Part shown: positions 39,148-51,816 of the stretch, one piece after another
How positions within the stretch are numbered: position 1 is the first letter of the stretch
Layout of the letters: each line of letters begins with the position of its first letter
Assembly: GCA_965218435.1 (NCBI GenBank)
Contig: CBDCKW010000009.1
Coordinates: 1,824,001 to 1,888,000, forward strand
DNA: 64,000 nucleotides
Source of the DNA: Truepera sp.
GTDB lineage: Bacteria; Deinococcota; Deinococci; Deinococcales; Trueperaceae
Direction: 5' to 3'
Notes under the pieces: model-generated
What the model saw: the letters and a program-made list of their open reading frames with translations, nothing else
Told to the model about the DNA's origin: nothing
Databases searched by the model: none
Translations under genes and position numbers: made by a program

Positions 39148-40047
39148 CTAAACGCTCACAAGTTGCGCTGCAGCATATCGCACGACTTTAGCCGGAATAT
39201 CCACCCCCGTCGTAGAAACCGAATTCCGAAACTCCATCGTGTGATTGACTTCAACGACGAGTAAGCCGCGTTCACTCTCGAGCAAATCCACCGCCACCAC
39301 GCCGCCGCCAACCGCCGCTGCTGCTGCGAGCGCCGTATGAACGAGTTCACCGTAGAGCGGGCAGTTCGTAGCGACTGCGCCCCGCGCCGTATTCGTCACC
39401 CAGTGCGCCGACGTGCGGTAGATGGCCGCGACGACCTCACCCCCGACGACGAACGCGCGGATGTCACGTCCCGGCTTGTGGACGAACTCTTGTAGGTAAA
39501 AAACTTTATGCTGTGGCCCGCCCAATGTCTCTTTGTGCTCTAAGACGGCCTCGAGCGCGTCCTGGTCGTTGAGCCTCGAGACCATCCGGCCCCACGAGCC
39601 CACAGTGGGCTTGAGGACCACCGGATAACCAAACCGCTCGGCGAGGGCGACCGCCGACTCGGTACCGAACGCAACACCGGTACGCGGCGTCGGGACGCCT
39701 GCACGGGTAAGCGCGGCGTTTGTGGCCAGTTTGTCGCCGCAGACCTCGATGACTTCGGGTGTATTGAGAACGCGGGCACCGAGCGCCGTAAAAATACGTG
39801 ACACGGCGAGGCCGCGCGTTTGTGAGACGCAGCGTTCAAGTACGACACCGTACTGCGGCAGTTCGGACAGGGCGCTAAAGTCGCACACGAGCTGCGGCGC
39901 GTAGAGCTTGTCGAAAGCGACACCTTGCCGTTCAAACGCCTCGAAGAGCATCTTTTCTTCCGGTCTGAGGCGGTCATAGACGACCGCGATACGGGGCGTC
40001 GTGGCAAACGGACGTTCTAAAACCGGAGGTTCTAAAATTTGGGTCAT
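39148..40047 (-). CDS. lysX: Alpha-aminoadipate-LysW ligase (RimK/ATP-grasp)
   Basis: [56 protein letters not shown]. Confidence 0.95.
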   Translation of the reverse strand: MTQILEPPVLERPFATTPRIAVVYDRLRPEEKMLFEAFERQGVAFDKLYAPQLVCDFSALSELPQYGVVLERCVSQTRGLAVSRIFTALGARVLNTPEVIEVCGDKLATNAALTRAGVPTPRTGVAFGTESAVALAERFGYPVVLKPTVGSWGRMVSRLNDQDALEAVLEHKETLGGPQHKVFYLQEFVHKPGRDIRAFVVGGEVVAAIYRTSAHWVTNTARGAVATNCPLYGELVHTALAAAAAVGGGVVAVDLLESERGLLVVEVNHTMEFRNSVSTTGVDIPAKVVRYAAAQLVSV

Positions 40048-40211
40048 TCGCCCCAGTCCTCGTCTTCTTCGGGGGCGGGCTCGAGCCGCAGTGGGTCGAG
40101 GCCGACAACCTCGAGTTCAGTGCCGTCGTCCGAGACGAGGAGTTCGCCGAGTTCAACGGTTTCAGTGTCAACTTCAACGGTGCCGTGCGGGGTTTCGATG
40201 GTTTCTAGCAT
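40044..40211 (-). CDS. lysW: Amino-group carrier protein LysW (55 aa, not in ORF track)
   Basis: [55 protein letters not shown]; hallmark C-terminal EDWGE; overlaps the lysX start (ATGA). Confidence 0.95.
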   Translation of the reverse strand: MLETIETPHGTVEVDTETVELGELLVSDDGTELEVVGLDPLRLEPAPEEDEDWGE

Positions 40212-40264
40212 GGTTTCCTCTCAAAATAGGTAAATTGGGTCAGGCGGTGGTTCGGCGCTTCCGG

Positions 40265-40758
40265 CTACTGCTCACCCGGAAAGCGCCCGTGTTTTCGGTA
40301 GTAGGCCAAAATCGAGCCTTCTTTAAGGGCTTCTTGGAGAAATAAAGGGGGGGGCTCGAGGCTGAATACCTCATCGCCTCTCGTCACCGTCCCGGCAGCC
40401 AGATCAAACGACACCGTGTCACCGTCTTGCAGCGCGTCCGGTACGGTGTCCGACGTAAACGCCGGGATGCCCAAATTGAGCAGGTTGCGGTAGTGAATCC
40501 GGGCAAACGATTTGGCAATCACCGCGCTGACACCTAACGTTTTGAGTGCTTGCGGCGCATACTCACGTGATGAGCCGAGACCCCAGTTGCGACCACCGAC
40601 AAGGAGGTCACCGGGTCGGACGTTTTCAGCAAAGTCAGGCCGCAGGTGCGCGAAAGCGTAGCGATGAAACCTGTCCTCGCCGACCATAAACGGGGCGTAC
40701 TTACCGGGCAAGATGTCGTCGGTGTTGAGGCTGTCGCCAAATCTCCAGACTCGGGCCA

Positions 40759-40759
<1 letters not shown>
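40265..40759 (-). CDS. lysU: Homoaconitase small subunit
   Basis: NTDDILPG, NWGLGSSRE, SFARIHYRN; in lysine cluster. Confidence 0.85.
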
Positions 40760-43241
<2,482 letters not shown>

Positions 43242-43259
43242 TCAAGCTCGATACCCGTT

Positions 43260-43289
43260 ATCGTAGAGGGTTTAGAGGTGCTTTGTCAA
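43260..43289 (-). promoter_or_regulatory. Sigma70-like promoter of the lysine operon
   Basis: TTGACA-N18-TACGAT on the minus strand, about 75 bp upstream of hcs. Confidence 0.55.
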
Positions 43290-43560
43290 ATCTGTTTATA
43301 CCGTCCTGAACGGGATTTTCCTGGGTTTCATAAGGTAAAATCAAGACTCGCAGAAGACTCAAAAGGTGGATGTGTCAGCGCGTTGTTTTTATAACTGATC
43401 AATGATTTCAGCCAACGAAACGTAAGTGGTTAACAAAGCCGTCGGCTAGCCGAAGAGCTATGTCCATACGCCGCCTGACTGCTGGCGACACACCAACGGA
43501 CCGCAGCCTGTCTGACCATTTCCGGCTGACAGGCTAGCTAAATCAAAATTTATGCGTGAG

Positions 43561-46500
43561 CTAGTAGTCGGAAAACCTGACGAACCGATCTTCTAAACCC
43601 CACCCTAACTGCGTGGCAAAGGCGCTTAAAACCTCGAGCAGATGTGGGCTCGGCTCGAGGCCCAAATCTTTTATCGCCTGCACGTAGTTGCTGTATTGTC
43701 GCCGCGCCTGTTCGGGGTTGCGGTTGTCCAGATGGTAACGGATCAGTTCCAAGTAGCCCGGTTCGTGGCAGGGATCGAGCTTAAACGCGAGTTTGGCGTA
43801 AGTCGGGATGAGATGGCGCTGGGTGTCACTTAAGCGGGGCAAGAGGTCAGAGAGTAAGACCAGCGCGTGCTCTTGCAGATGCCGGCGGCGCACCTCGACC
43901 CAGTTGGCGTAGTAACCGGGGAGGTAGTCACCCTGATAAATATCGAGTGCTGCCATCAGCGTTTCAATAGGATCACCGGGGCGGAGCCGCTCTAAAGTGC
44001 CCGCGTCTTCTTGAATCAGCAGGTCGGGCGAAAAGGTGTAGAGATTGCCGTCACGAACGATAGACTCACGCCAGCCTAAGGTGCGGCGGGCGCGGGAGAG
44101 CGCCACGCTAAACTGCTGTTCCGGGTCGCGGCCGCTCTCGTCCCAGAGGGCGTCTAAAAAGTCGTCACGCGACGCGCCGACACCCGTCGAAGCCAAAAAG
44201 AGCACGATGTCGCGCGGTTTACGGCCGTTCCAGTCGTTGATAGCGACCGGCGTACCATTTAGAGAGATCTCCACGTGACCGCAAGTAAAGAGCTCTAAAA
44301 CGGCTCTGGGCGCTTTGGGGAGCAGTACCGGCGTGGGCGCGGGCGTCGGCGCGTTACGGATGATGAGCGGGGGCCGCGCCCGGTAGCCGAGGCTGCGTTC
44401 AGCCTCTTGTGCGCGCACCGCGTACCGGGCCGACTGTGCGCCGGGACGCTCGCTGTAGAGCCAAAACACCTGCGTCAGTTCACGAGTTGCGCCGATGGCG
44501 GCGAACACCTTTTCAGCGGCAGAGAGCGCGTCCGCGTCCCCGAGTTGCGCCGCTAAGAGGTAAGCGAGCCCTTCACAAAAACGGAACCCGTGCGTGAGCG
44601 CGAGTTCACGGGCGTGTTCGGCGTAGCGTTCGGCTTTCGCGCGCTGCCCCCCAAGGCTGTAGACCCGCGCCAAACCGAGCAGCGCGTAGGGATGCGTAAA
44701 GGCGTCCGACGGACTCTGACTTACCGCAAAACGGTAGTGTTTTTCAGCGTCCTCGTTACGGCCCAGCGCGAGGTAGAGGTCGCCCAGGGTGCAGTGGAGT
44801 AAGACGGGCGACTCCTCGAGCGACAGGTCGTTCCAGAGCGAGAGCGCCCGCAGGCCGGTGGTGAGACCTTCGTGCAGGTCGCCCAAGTAGTAGTGACAGC
44901 TGGCAACATTGTTGAGCGTTGACGCGATCTGATACGAGTTGGCGCGCGCTTCCCAGTAAGCGAGCGCCTTTTGGTTGAGGAGTAGAGAACGTTGCACGTC
45001 GCCGCTATAGTCGGCGTACGAGGCGAGCCCCCGCGTCGCTAACGCCTCGAAGTAGCCGTCGGACAACTCTTCACCAATTTTTCGGACGAACTCGAACGCG
45101 GTTTGCGCCTCACTGTAGCTGCCTAAACTCATGTGAGCACGCGCCACCGAATTATAAGAAAACGCCAGCTCACGCAGTTGCCGCGTTTCGCGCAGTTCTT
45201 GCAGCACCCGCGGCGCACGTTCTAAGAGTTCTTTGTACCGCCGCAGGTTGTGCTCGGCGCGCAGAAGACCGCTGAGGGCGGCGGCGTGAAGCCGGCGGTC
45301 ACCCACACCGAGCTTTAGCGCCCGTTCGTAAAGCTCTTTGGCGGCGGCGGCGTCGCGCTGCACGAGCGCCTCGCCCATCAAGATCAGCAGTTCCGGATGG
45401 TGTTTAAGCGCGTCTTCGGGCAGCCGGCGGAGCCACATGGCAAAGTGGCTGTAGTCGCCCAATTCGCGCAGGGTGCGTTGCAGCGTCCCCAAGCGTTCGA
45501 CGATAGCAGCGACTGCGCCCGCGTTGACGAGGTTCTCGAGCGCGTCAAGTTTGCCGGCGTCAAAGCGCTGGGCCCCGATCCGGAGGTTGAGTTCGCGCCA
45601 CAGCTCGGGATGGTTACGCTCGAGCGACTCTTTGAGAAAATCCTTGACGAGCGGCTGCAGGTCGTACTCGGGCTCGCCGCGCCCCCCGGTCGCAAAGAGC
45701 AGCGCGTGGCGTTTGCTGAGACGTTCTAAAAGCCCCAGTTCTTCAGGTTGGCAGTAGCGCACCAACTCGCTTTCCGCGAAAGGTGCCAACAGCGCCGTCA
45801 GGTAGGCAAACCGCTGCTCACGTTCGGAAAGTTCACCCAAAACTTCGGAGCCTAAATAGTCGTACACCAGGTTTTCGGCAGCGAACCCTTCCGCAAGCGA
45901 ATCCGCGCCGCCCTCAAGGTGTGCCGCGCCGTGACCGAGCAGCAGGGTAAACCCGGCCGGCCAGCCGCCCAAACGTTCGTGCTCGGCCGCCGCCACACGT
46001 TCGTCCGAACAGCCGAGCGCACGGGCAGCAGCAGCAGCCTCTTCAGCGGAGAACGCCAGCTGTGTCTGGGTGAGCAAGTTGACCTCTTGATTGGCAACCA
46101 GCCGCGCTAAGTTGAGCTGCGTTTGGTTACGCGATAAGATCAGCAGGTGGCACGTCGGCGGCAGATAGGTGATCAGGGTATCGATAAAGCTGGTGATCTC
46201 CGGCGCGTCGGAAACTTTGTGAAAATTACTGAGGATAATAAGTAAAGGTTCGCCCAGCTCGAACAGCGTCGCCGTCAGCAGATTGGCGAGTTCCCAGGGG
46301 GTGGCGTCTTGCGGGGGTTCGGGGAGGCGTTCGGAAAAGTCAGGCACGCGCTGCGAGACAGCTTCACATAGGTAGGCGTAAAAAACCTCTAGGTGGGCGT
46401 CGTGTTCGTCTAACTCGTACCACAGGTCACGGTGCTGAGTCGCGTGCTGCGCGGCGCTGGCAAGCTCCAAGGCCAACACTGTTTTGCCGTAGCCCGCCGG

Positions 46501-46638
46501 GGCGACCAGCAGCGTCAGCTTCCGGTCAAGGTTAGGCAAAATACGTGCCTGTAACCGAGGACGGGCAACGACGCTCGTAGGCGCGTACGGCCGAACTACC
46601 TTTTGTGGCAAAAACCATCTCATCAGACGCGCTCCCAC
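43561..46638 (-). CDS. Large transcriptional regulator: MalT-like NTPase, TPR-like repeats, winged helix and BTAD
   Basis: ARPRL...APAGYGKT, WYELDEHD, GWPAG, YDYL, helical repeats, LWDE...SRARRTLG, YQGDYL...WVE..R, DPCHE. Confidence 0.85.
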   Translation of the reverse strand: MGARLMRWFLPQKVVRPYAPTSVVARPRLQARILPNLDRKLTLLVAPAGYGKTVLALELASAAQHATQHRDLWYELDEHDAHLEVFYAYLCEAVSQRVPDFSERLPEPPQDATPWELANLLTATLFELGEPLLIILSNFHKVSDAPEITSFIDTLITYLPPTCHLLILSRNQTQLNLARLVANQEVNLLTQTQLAFSAEEAAAAARALGCSDERVAAAEHERLGGWPAGFTLLLGHGAAHLEGGADSLAEGFAAENLVYDYLGSEVLGELSEREQRFAYLTALLAPFAESELVRYCQPEELGLLERLSKRHALLFATGGRGEPEYDLQPLVKDFLKESLERNHPELWRELNLRIGAQRFDAGKLDALENLVNAGAVAAIVERLGTLQRTLRELGDYSHFAMWLRRLPEDALKHHPELLILMGEALVQRDAAAAKELYERALKLGVGDRRLHAAALSGLLRAEHNLRRYKELLERAPRVLQELRETRQLRELAFSYNSVARAHMSLGSYSEAQTAFEFVRKIGEELSDGYFEALATRGLASYADYSGDVQRSLLLNQKALAYWEARANSYQIASTLNNVASCHYYLGDLHEGLTTGLRALSLWNDLSLEESPVLLHCTLGDLYLALGRNEDAEKHYRFAVSQSPSDAFTHPYALLGLARVYSLGGQRAKAERYAEHARELALTHGFRFCEGLAYLLAAQLGDADALSAAEKVFAAIGATRELTQVFWLYSERPGAQSARYAVRAQEAERSLGYRARPPLIIRNAPTPAPTPVLLPKAPRAVLELFTCGHVEISLNGTPVAINDWNGRKPRDIVLFLASTGVGASRDDFLDALWDESGRDPEQQFSVALSRARRTLGWRESIVRDGNLYTFSPDLLIQEDAGTLERLRPGDPIETLMAALDIYQGDYLPGYYANWVEVRRRHLQEHALVLLSDLLPRLSDTQRHLIPTYAKLAFKLDPCHEPGYLELIRYHLDNRNPEQARRQYSNYVQAIKDLGLEPSPHLLEVLSAFATQLGWGLEDRFVRFSDY

Positions 46639-46870
46639 CTAAAAAACGAATTGCCCCGGCTTGCCACCCTCAAATGAGGACTCATGAAGCATACCCTAAT
46701 CCGGCCCGGGGGTGTGGCTTTTTACACAAGTCGAGTGAGTTAAAAACTTCACATCACGGTAGTTTATAACTGGTCTATCTTCGCAATTCTTTTGAGAAAC
46801 CCGTCGCCTATCGCAAAAATTGTAAAAATTTGGGCGGAACCGCACGGTCTGTTGAAGTCCACTTTGAAAC

Positions 46871-46913
46871 CACCGCAAGCTTTCACCGCAAGCTTCGCGC
46901 AAGAGAGTCGCAA
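46871..46913 (+). repeat. CGCAA direct-repeat array in the divergent promoter region
   Basis: CACCGCAAGCTT at 46871 and 46884; CGCAA cores at 46874, 46887, 46898 and 46909. Confidence 0.6.
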
Positions 46914-47129
46914 CCTTAGCAGCCCAAACTGCCCCTCATGAAAGCACCTTTATCTCACAGACCGCCGCAGTACGCCAAAGAAGTATCCGCTGATTTTTAC
47001 GGCGTTTTGAAACGCCGTGGTCTGCTGCAAGCCCCCCTGCGTCCGGGGTCGCTCTTACAGCAGCGCGGTACCCGCCTCGTTCATCCTTGCTACCGCCGAG
47101 GCCGTCCCAGCGATACGGGCGGCTGAGCC

Positions 47130-47336
47130 GTGCGCAGTAGAGCCCTTAACCGCGCGTTTAACCGGGCGCTTATCGACCTCGAGTACCGCTTGGCCCTGCT
47201 GCAAAACGTTCGCGGCGTCTTAGGCCCTGAAGGGGTACCCGAAGGTGAAATCCGGCTGCTCGAGTCGTCACAGCCGCACGACATCCGTGAGCTGGCGCAG
47301 GCGCTCGAGACCATGCACAGCTTGTCATTTCATTAG
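47130..47336 (+). CDS. Small hypothetical protein
   Basis: 68-aa helical-looking ORF with typical codon style; upstream of the DUF1080 genes. Confidence 0.4.
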   Translation: MRSRALNRAFNRALIDLEYRLALLQNVRGVLGPEGVPEGEIRLLESSQPHDIRELAQALETMHSLSFH

Positions 47337-47382
47337 CTCGTTTCACTAGGGTTTATCAGCTCATTTCAGCAAGGGGAAAATT

Positions 47383-49122
47383 ATGCGTAAGTCTTATAGG
47401 GCAAATAGGTCAATCTCAGAGTCAGGCTTAGAGAGGGCGAAAGCAGCAAAACCCAGCTGGCAGTGGGCGGCGCTGCTCCCACTCGTTTTGGCGCTCGCCG
47501 CGTGTGCTCAAGAAACGGTGCGACCTGCTCTGGTCGGGCTCGAGGTCACCGCGCCGGGGCAGCGCGAACTTATCTTTTCGGGCGTTACCGGCAGCACCAG
47601 CAAGGCGCAACCGATCACCTTCAAAAATACCGGGGACGCGCCGCTCGTTTTGAGCACGCTCGCTTTGGGCGGCCCTGACGCGGGCACGTTCGGGCTCGAC
47701 GCGCCGAGGTTACCGCTCGAGCTCGAGCCCGGAGAGAGCGCCGAGGCGCTGATTTCGTTTTCGCCGGACGCGGCGGGGCCGCAGCGCGCCACCTTGCAGC
47801 TAGAGAGTAACGACGCCGCACACCGCGACCTCGAGATCGGCTTGTACGGCCTCGGCAGCCGCGGCGACGGGGGCACGGACGAACCTTCACTGCAGCAAGT
47901 TGCCGATACCTTGGGGTACCGCGTCACGACCGGCGACGTGTCGGCTCCAGGCGACGCCCTCACCGGTGACGAGGTCTACGCGCCACTTTTTGAACGGGCG
48001 AACAGCGGTCCGGTGACGTTGAGCGTTGCCGCCCGTTACGGTCCCGGTGATGTTCTCCTCTACGGTATGTTTACGCTGTCTGAGGGCGAACCCGCCGTAA
48101 AGGAAGTGGGCCGCGTTGCTGAAAACGGCGCTCAAGAACTCTTGCCGCCGGTCTCGTCGCCGACGCTTTCGGCCACCGGAACCACTTCGTTTGACCCCGG
48201 CTCGCAAGCTTTCGGCGTATGGGCCGGGAACGATAGCCAGAGCACTAAGTATAGCTTAGACGGACTTAATCCCGGCCATGCCCACGCCGTGCGCGTCTAT
48301 CCGCTGCACGACCGGGCAGGCAATCTCGTCGCCAACAGCTACCTGCTCAGCTTGGAGACCGGCGATAAGGCCCGCGACTTTCAAGACGCGGTGTTTGTCC
48401 TCGGTAATGTCAAGCTCGCCGGAGACGCAGTTGAGCTCAGCAGCGGTTGGGAACCGCTTTTTAACGGCACCGACCTGAGCGGTTGGTACACTTATCTGCC
48501 GTCTAAAGGCAAAAACAACGACCCCGAAGGTGTTTTCCGCGCTGAGGACGGACTGATTCATATCCTGGGCGTTGAGAATAAAGGTACCCGCGAGTTCGGT
48601 TATCTGGCGACTGAAAAGAGCTACCACAACTATCACTTGCGGCTCGAGTACCGCTGGGGCGAAGCGCGTTTCGCACCCCGCAACCGTAGCAAACGCGACA
48701 GCGGCGTGGTCTATCATGTTTCCGGCCCCGATAAAGTGTGGCCGCAGGGCGTCGAGTATCAGATTCAAGAGGGTGATACCGGCGACTTCTGGCTTTTAGG
48801 TGGCCCTACTTTGACGACGACCGTCGCTTCAACTCGTTCCAAAGAACCGCAGTTCGCCGCGAACGGCGTTCCCTACCGAAGTCAGAGTGGCCGCTACGTC
48901 CGTATTGCTAAAGACGAGACGCACGAGCAGGCCGGTTGGAACACCGTTGACATCATTGTGCGGGGCAACACGGCCGTACATATGATTAACGGCGTCGTCA
49001 ATAACCGCGCCTACAGCCTCCATGCTCCGGGCGGCAGTGACCTCGACTCGGGAAAAATACTTTTGCAGGCCGAGGGTGCCGAGGTCTTTTACCGTAACGT
49101 TGAAATTCGGCCGCTCGAGTAG
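47383..49122 (+). CDS. Lipoprotein with Ig-like (ASH/choice-of-anchor D) domain and C-terminal DUF1080 (3-keto-glycoside hydrolase-like) domain
   Basis: LAAC lipobox, KNTGDAPL, LFNGTDLSGW, LEYRWG, RDSGV, EYQI, WNTV, G-x-I-LLQAEG...YRNVEIRPL. Confidence 0.85.
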   Translation: MRKSYRANRSISESGLERAKAAKPSWQWAALLPLVLALAACAQETVRPALVGLEVTAPGQRELIFSGVTGSTSKAQPITFKNTGDAPLVLSTLALGGPDAGTFGLDAPRLPLELEPGESAEALISFSPDAAGPQRATLQLESNDAAHRDLEIGLYGLGSRGDGGTDEPSLQQVADTLGYRVTTGDVSAPGDALTGDEVYAPLFERANSGPVTLSVAARYGPGDVLLYGMFTLSEGEPAVKEVGRVAENGAQELLPPVSSPTLSATGTTSFDPGSQAFGVWAGNDSQSTKYSLDGLNPGHAHAVRVYPLHDRAGNLVANSYLLSLETGDKARDFQDAVFVLGNVKLAGDAVELSSGWEPLFNGTDLSGWYTYLPSKGKNNDPEGVFRAEDGLIHILGVENKGTREFGYLATEKSYHNYHLRLEYRWGEARFAPRNRSKRDSGVVYHVSGPDKVWPQGVEYQIQEGDTGDFWLLGGPTLTTTVASTRSKEPQFAANGVPYRSQSGRYVRIAKDETHEQAGWNTVDIIVRGNTAVHMINGVVNNRAYSLHAPGGSDLDSGKILLQAEGAEVFYRNVEIRPLE

Positions 49123-49129
49123 GCAGCTG

Positions 49130-49450
49130 ATGGCCAAACCCAATCATTCTCAACCGGCGAACCCGGTACCGCCCCCGCGCACACCACCGCCCCGGCCCCG
49201 GGTACGGGTCGGTACCCTACGCGCACAGCCGGTGCAGTCAACCCAGTCAACCCAGCCTAGCCCCAACCTGCTAGAGCACCGTTACGAAGCGCAGCGCCGC
49301 TGGTTCGACCACGAAGTTGGGACGCTCGAGCGGCTGGCGCAGACCGAGCGTCTCGCAGGTGACTATATAGCGGCGCAACGCCTCGAGCGCGAGCTAGACT
49401 CGTTTATTAGAGAAGCTGCCGCGCTGCTGGAACAAGAAAGGTCGAGATGA
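49130..49450 (+). CDS. Small hypothetical protein, Pro-rich N-terminus and coiled C-terminus
   Basis: ATG 7 bp after the upstream stop; overlaps the next start (ATGA). Confidence 0.55.
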   Translation: MAKPNHSQPANPVPPPRTPPPRPRVRVGTLRAQPVQSTQSTQPSPNLLEHRYEAQRRWFDHEVGTLERLAQTERLAGDYIAAQRLERELDSFIREAAALLEQERSR

Positions 49451-50682
49451 ACACCTACACCTTGGTAAGCGAACCGACCAGACGGCAACGATGTAAGACC
49501 CGCTGTAAGAACCGGCAACTGCCGAAACTGATACTGCTGGCCGCCGTTAGTCTCACAGGCTGTCAGCAACTCGTGCCCGCCGCCAGCTTGCAGGCGACGC
49601 CGACTGAGGTGGTCGTCGGCGACCCCGTAACCCTGACGTGGCGCAGCGCCGGTGCCACGGCTTGTAGCCTCACGCCAGAGCGCCAAACCCTCACGCCGGA
49701 AAATTGCACCCAGGGTAGTGTGACTGAACGCTACGACCGACCCGGCACCTTTACTGCAACCTTCGTCTACACGGTCGGAAACGGCTCCGAGCTTCGCCGC
49801 GAAGCGTTGATCAACGTTCGAGCGGCCGGTGCGAGTCAAACTTTTACAACTGAGCAAAACGGCCTCACCGTGACCTTTACGGCGGCTACTCCAGCTGATA
49901 AGGCAGGCTCAACCTGGGACTTTGGTGACGGCGAGACCAGCAGCGGCGCACGTGTAAGCCATACCTACGGCGGTGCCGGAAACTATCTGGTGACACTGAC
50001 GCAAACCCAGGCCGGAGAGCGGACGCAGAGCACACAGACGGTAACAGTTAGAGCAAATACAAAGGCAAAAATCACGCTCTTTTCCGGCGACGGTTTGGCT
50101 GCGTGGGAACGCGTCCGGGGCGGCGCAGCCAACTGGCAGACTCGAGCAGACTATGTTGAGGTCAAACCGGGTAGCAAGGTCAGCGACAACAATTTAAGAA
50201 CGAAAGAAACGTTTGGGGATTTCCGCTTGCACCTCGAGTTCTGGGTACCGAAAACGCCCGCCGGGACACCTGAGCAGGCGCGGGGCAACTCCGGCGTCTA
50301 TTTGCAAGGACGTTACGAAGTGCAGATTTTAGATTCGTACGGCCGCACTTTAAGTGGCAAAAACGACGCCGGGGCCGTGTATGAAGTCAAAGACGCGTCC
50401 AAAAACGCGAGCTTGCCACCGGAAACATGGCAAAGCTACGACCTCGAGTTTCGAGCGGCCCGTTTTGAAAACGGCAAAAAGGTGCAAGACGCACGTGTCA
50501 GCGTCGTCTGGAACGGTCAGCTGGTGCAGGACAAAACAGTGATCCCCGGCCCGACCCGGCTCGGTGACCCGGAGCGCAGCAGCGACGTCGGCAGCGGTGG
50601 AGTTTTATTAGGTCCTATCGTGCTGCAAGACCACGGCTACCGGGTACGGTTTCGTAACGTCTGGCTCGAGCCGCTGGATTAA
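49447..50682 (+). CDS. Lipoprotein with PKD domain and DUF1080 domain
   Basis: LTGC lipobox, WDFGDG...HTY, LHLEF, GNSGVYLQGRYEVQILDS, WQSYD, LQDHG..VRFRNVW. Confidence 0.88.
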   Translation: MNTYTLVSEPTRRQRCKTRCKNRQLPKLILLAAVSLTGCQQLVPAASLQATPTEVVVGDPVTLTWRSAGATACSLTPERQTLTPENCTQGSVTERYDRPGTFTATFVYTVGNGSELRREALINVRAAGASQTFTTEQNGLTVTFTAATPADKAGSTWDFGDGETSSGARVSHTYGGAGNYLVTLTQTQAGERTQSTQTVTVRANTKAKITLFSGDGLAAWERVRGGAANWQTRADYVEVKPGSKVSDNNLRTKETFGDFRLHLEFWVPKTPAGTPEQARGNSGVYLQGRYEVQILDSYGRTLSGKNDAGAVYEVKDASKNASLPPETWQSYDLEFRAARFENGKKVQDARVSVVWNGQLVQDKTVIPGPTRLGDPERSSDVGSGGVLLGPIVLQDHGYRVRFRNVWLEPLD

Positions 50683-50854
50683 AAGGTAGAAATAGAGAGC
50701 AAGAAGCAAGAATAAGGAAAGCGTTCAACCTGCGGTTGCCGCCGTCCCAGCTTAGTTGTTAAAGGTAAAGGTCAACAGCTTTTGCTCTGTCGCTTTTACA
50801 AACCTCGAGCCTTTGCAGTCGCTAAAACCGGTTGAGAGGAGCGCACACGTATGT

Positions 50855-51235
50855 CTAACGCGGGCTCGAGCCTTCGTTATAGCAAAACACCTTGATTCGG
50901 TAACCGCTGGGGTCAAAGACAAAAAATCCATACGGCCCCCGCGCCGCTTTATACAACTCGCGCATGTCCCGGCCCAGCTCTGCGTAAGGGGCAACCTGCT
51001 GATACATTTCGTCCACCGCCGCAAAACTTGGGAGCTCGAGACCCAGATACTGCACGGTCAGCGGGTTTAGGGGTTCGTCTGCGTGGTCAAAAATAAGGGT
51101 AAAACCGTCTGCATTCAGCCAGATACGCCCAACTCCGGTGTCGTAGCGGGCGTCGCCGCAACCCAAAATCTCGGTATAAAAGGCGTAGGTTTGCTTAAGT
51201 GCATCCGTTTTAAGAGCTAGATGCTGAAGCTTCAC
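50855..51235 (-). CDS. VOC/glyoxalase family protein
   Basis: LQHLAL, FYTEILG, FFVFDPSGYRI. Confidence 0.8.
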   Translation of the reverse strand: MKLQHLALKTDALKQTYAFYTEILGCGDARYDTGVGRIWLNADGFTLIFDHADEPLNPLTVQYLGLELPSFAAVDEMYQQVAPYAELGRDMRELYKAARGPYGFFVFDPSGYRIKVFCYNEGSSPR

Positions 51236-51246
51236 CGGCTTGCTCT

Positions 51247-51816
51247 CTAAAAACCTAAGAGCGGCAGGCTCAAACCGACGCGCACACGGGGGCTGAACCG
51301 CCCTTCACCAAAGGCCCCACCCGCAGGCCAGAGGTAGTCTGTTCCAGCCTCGGCAAACACGCTGATAAGCGAAAACCCGATCACCCTGAGGCGAAAGTCC
51401 GCCCCGGCCACGCCCCCGACGCCGTAGTACACGCCGGGTTGGGTGCCGTCTAAAAACAGCGCAGAATTGATAAGGCGGTAGCGCGGTCCGGCTCCGGCGT
51501 AAAGCGCGGCGTCGGCGCTTGCCAGGAAGGTTCCGACGCCGCCCCGCAGCGTATAGGTCACGTCGGCAAAGCCGTCGACGTTGAGTTCGCGGTCTAACAG
51601 CAGCGGCAGCGGATAGAGCGCCGCGCCGACGCGTAATCCGACGCGACGCGCGAAGAGGTTTTCCGGGCCGACCTCGAGGCTTAGCGGAACGTGCGCCGCG
51701 GTGTTCAGAAGCGCAGGTGCGCCGGGTCCCAAAACCTCGGCACGTGCCAGCAAGAAACCGGGAAATAGAAAAAGCGTAGCTAATAAAATGCCGTAACGTT
51801 TCACGCCGTCATTCAC
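51247..51816 (-). CDS. Exported beta-strand-rich protein, possible outer-membrane beta-barrel
   Basis: Signal peptide, YAGAGP, GVAGADF, C-terminal Phe. Confidence 0.55.
   Translation of the reverse strand: MNDGVKRYGILLATLFLFPGFLLARAEVLGPGAPALLNTAAHVPLSLEVGPENLFARRVGLRVGAALYPLPLLLDRELNVDGFADVTYTLRGGVGTFLASADAALYAGAGPRYRLINSALFLDGTQPGVYYGVGGVAGADFRLRVIGFSLISVFAEAGTDYLWPAGGAFGEGRFSPRVRVGLSLPLLGF

Noticed and set aside
47124..47170. Selenocysteine recoding of the in-frame UGA
   Set aside because: No redox-motif context and no convincing SECIS-like hairpin
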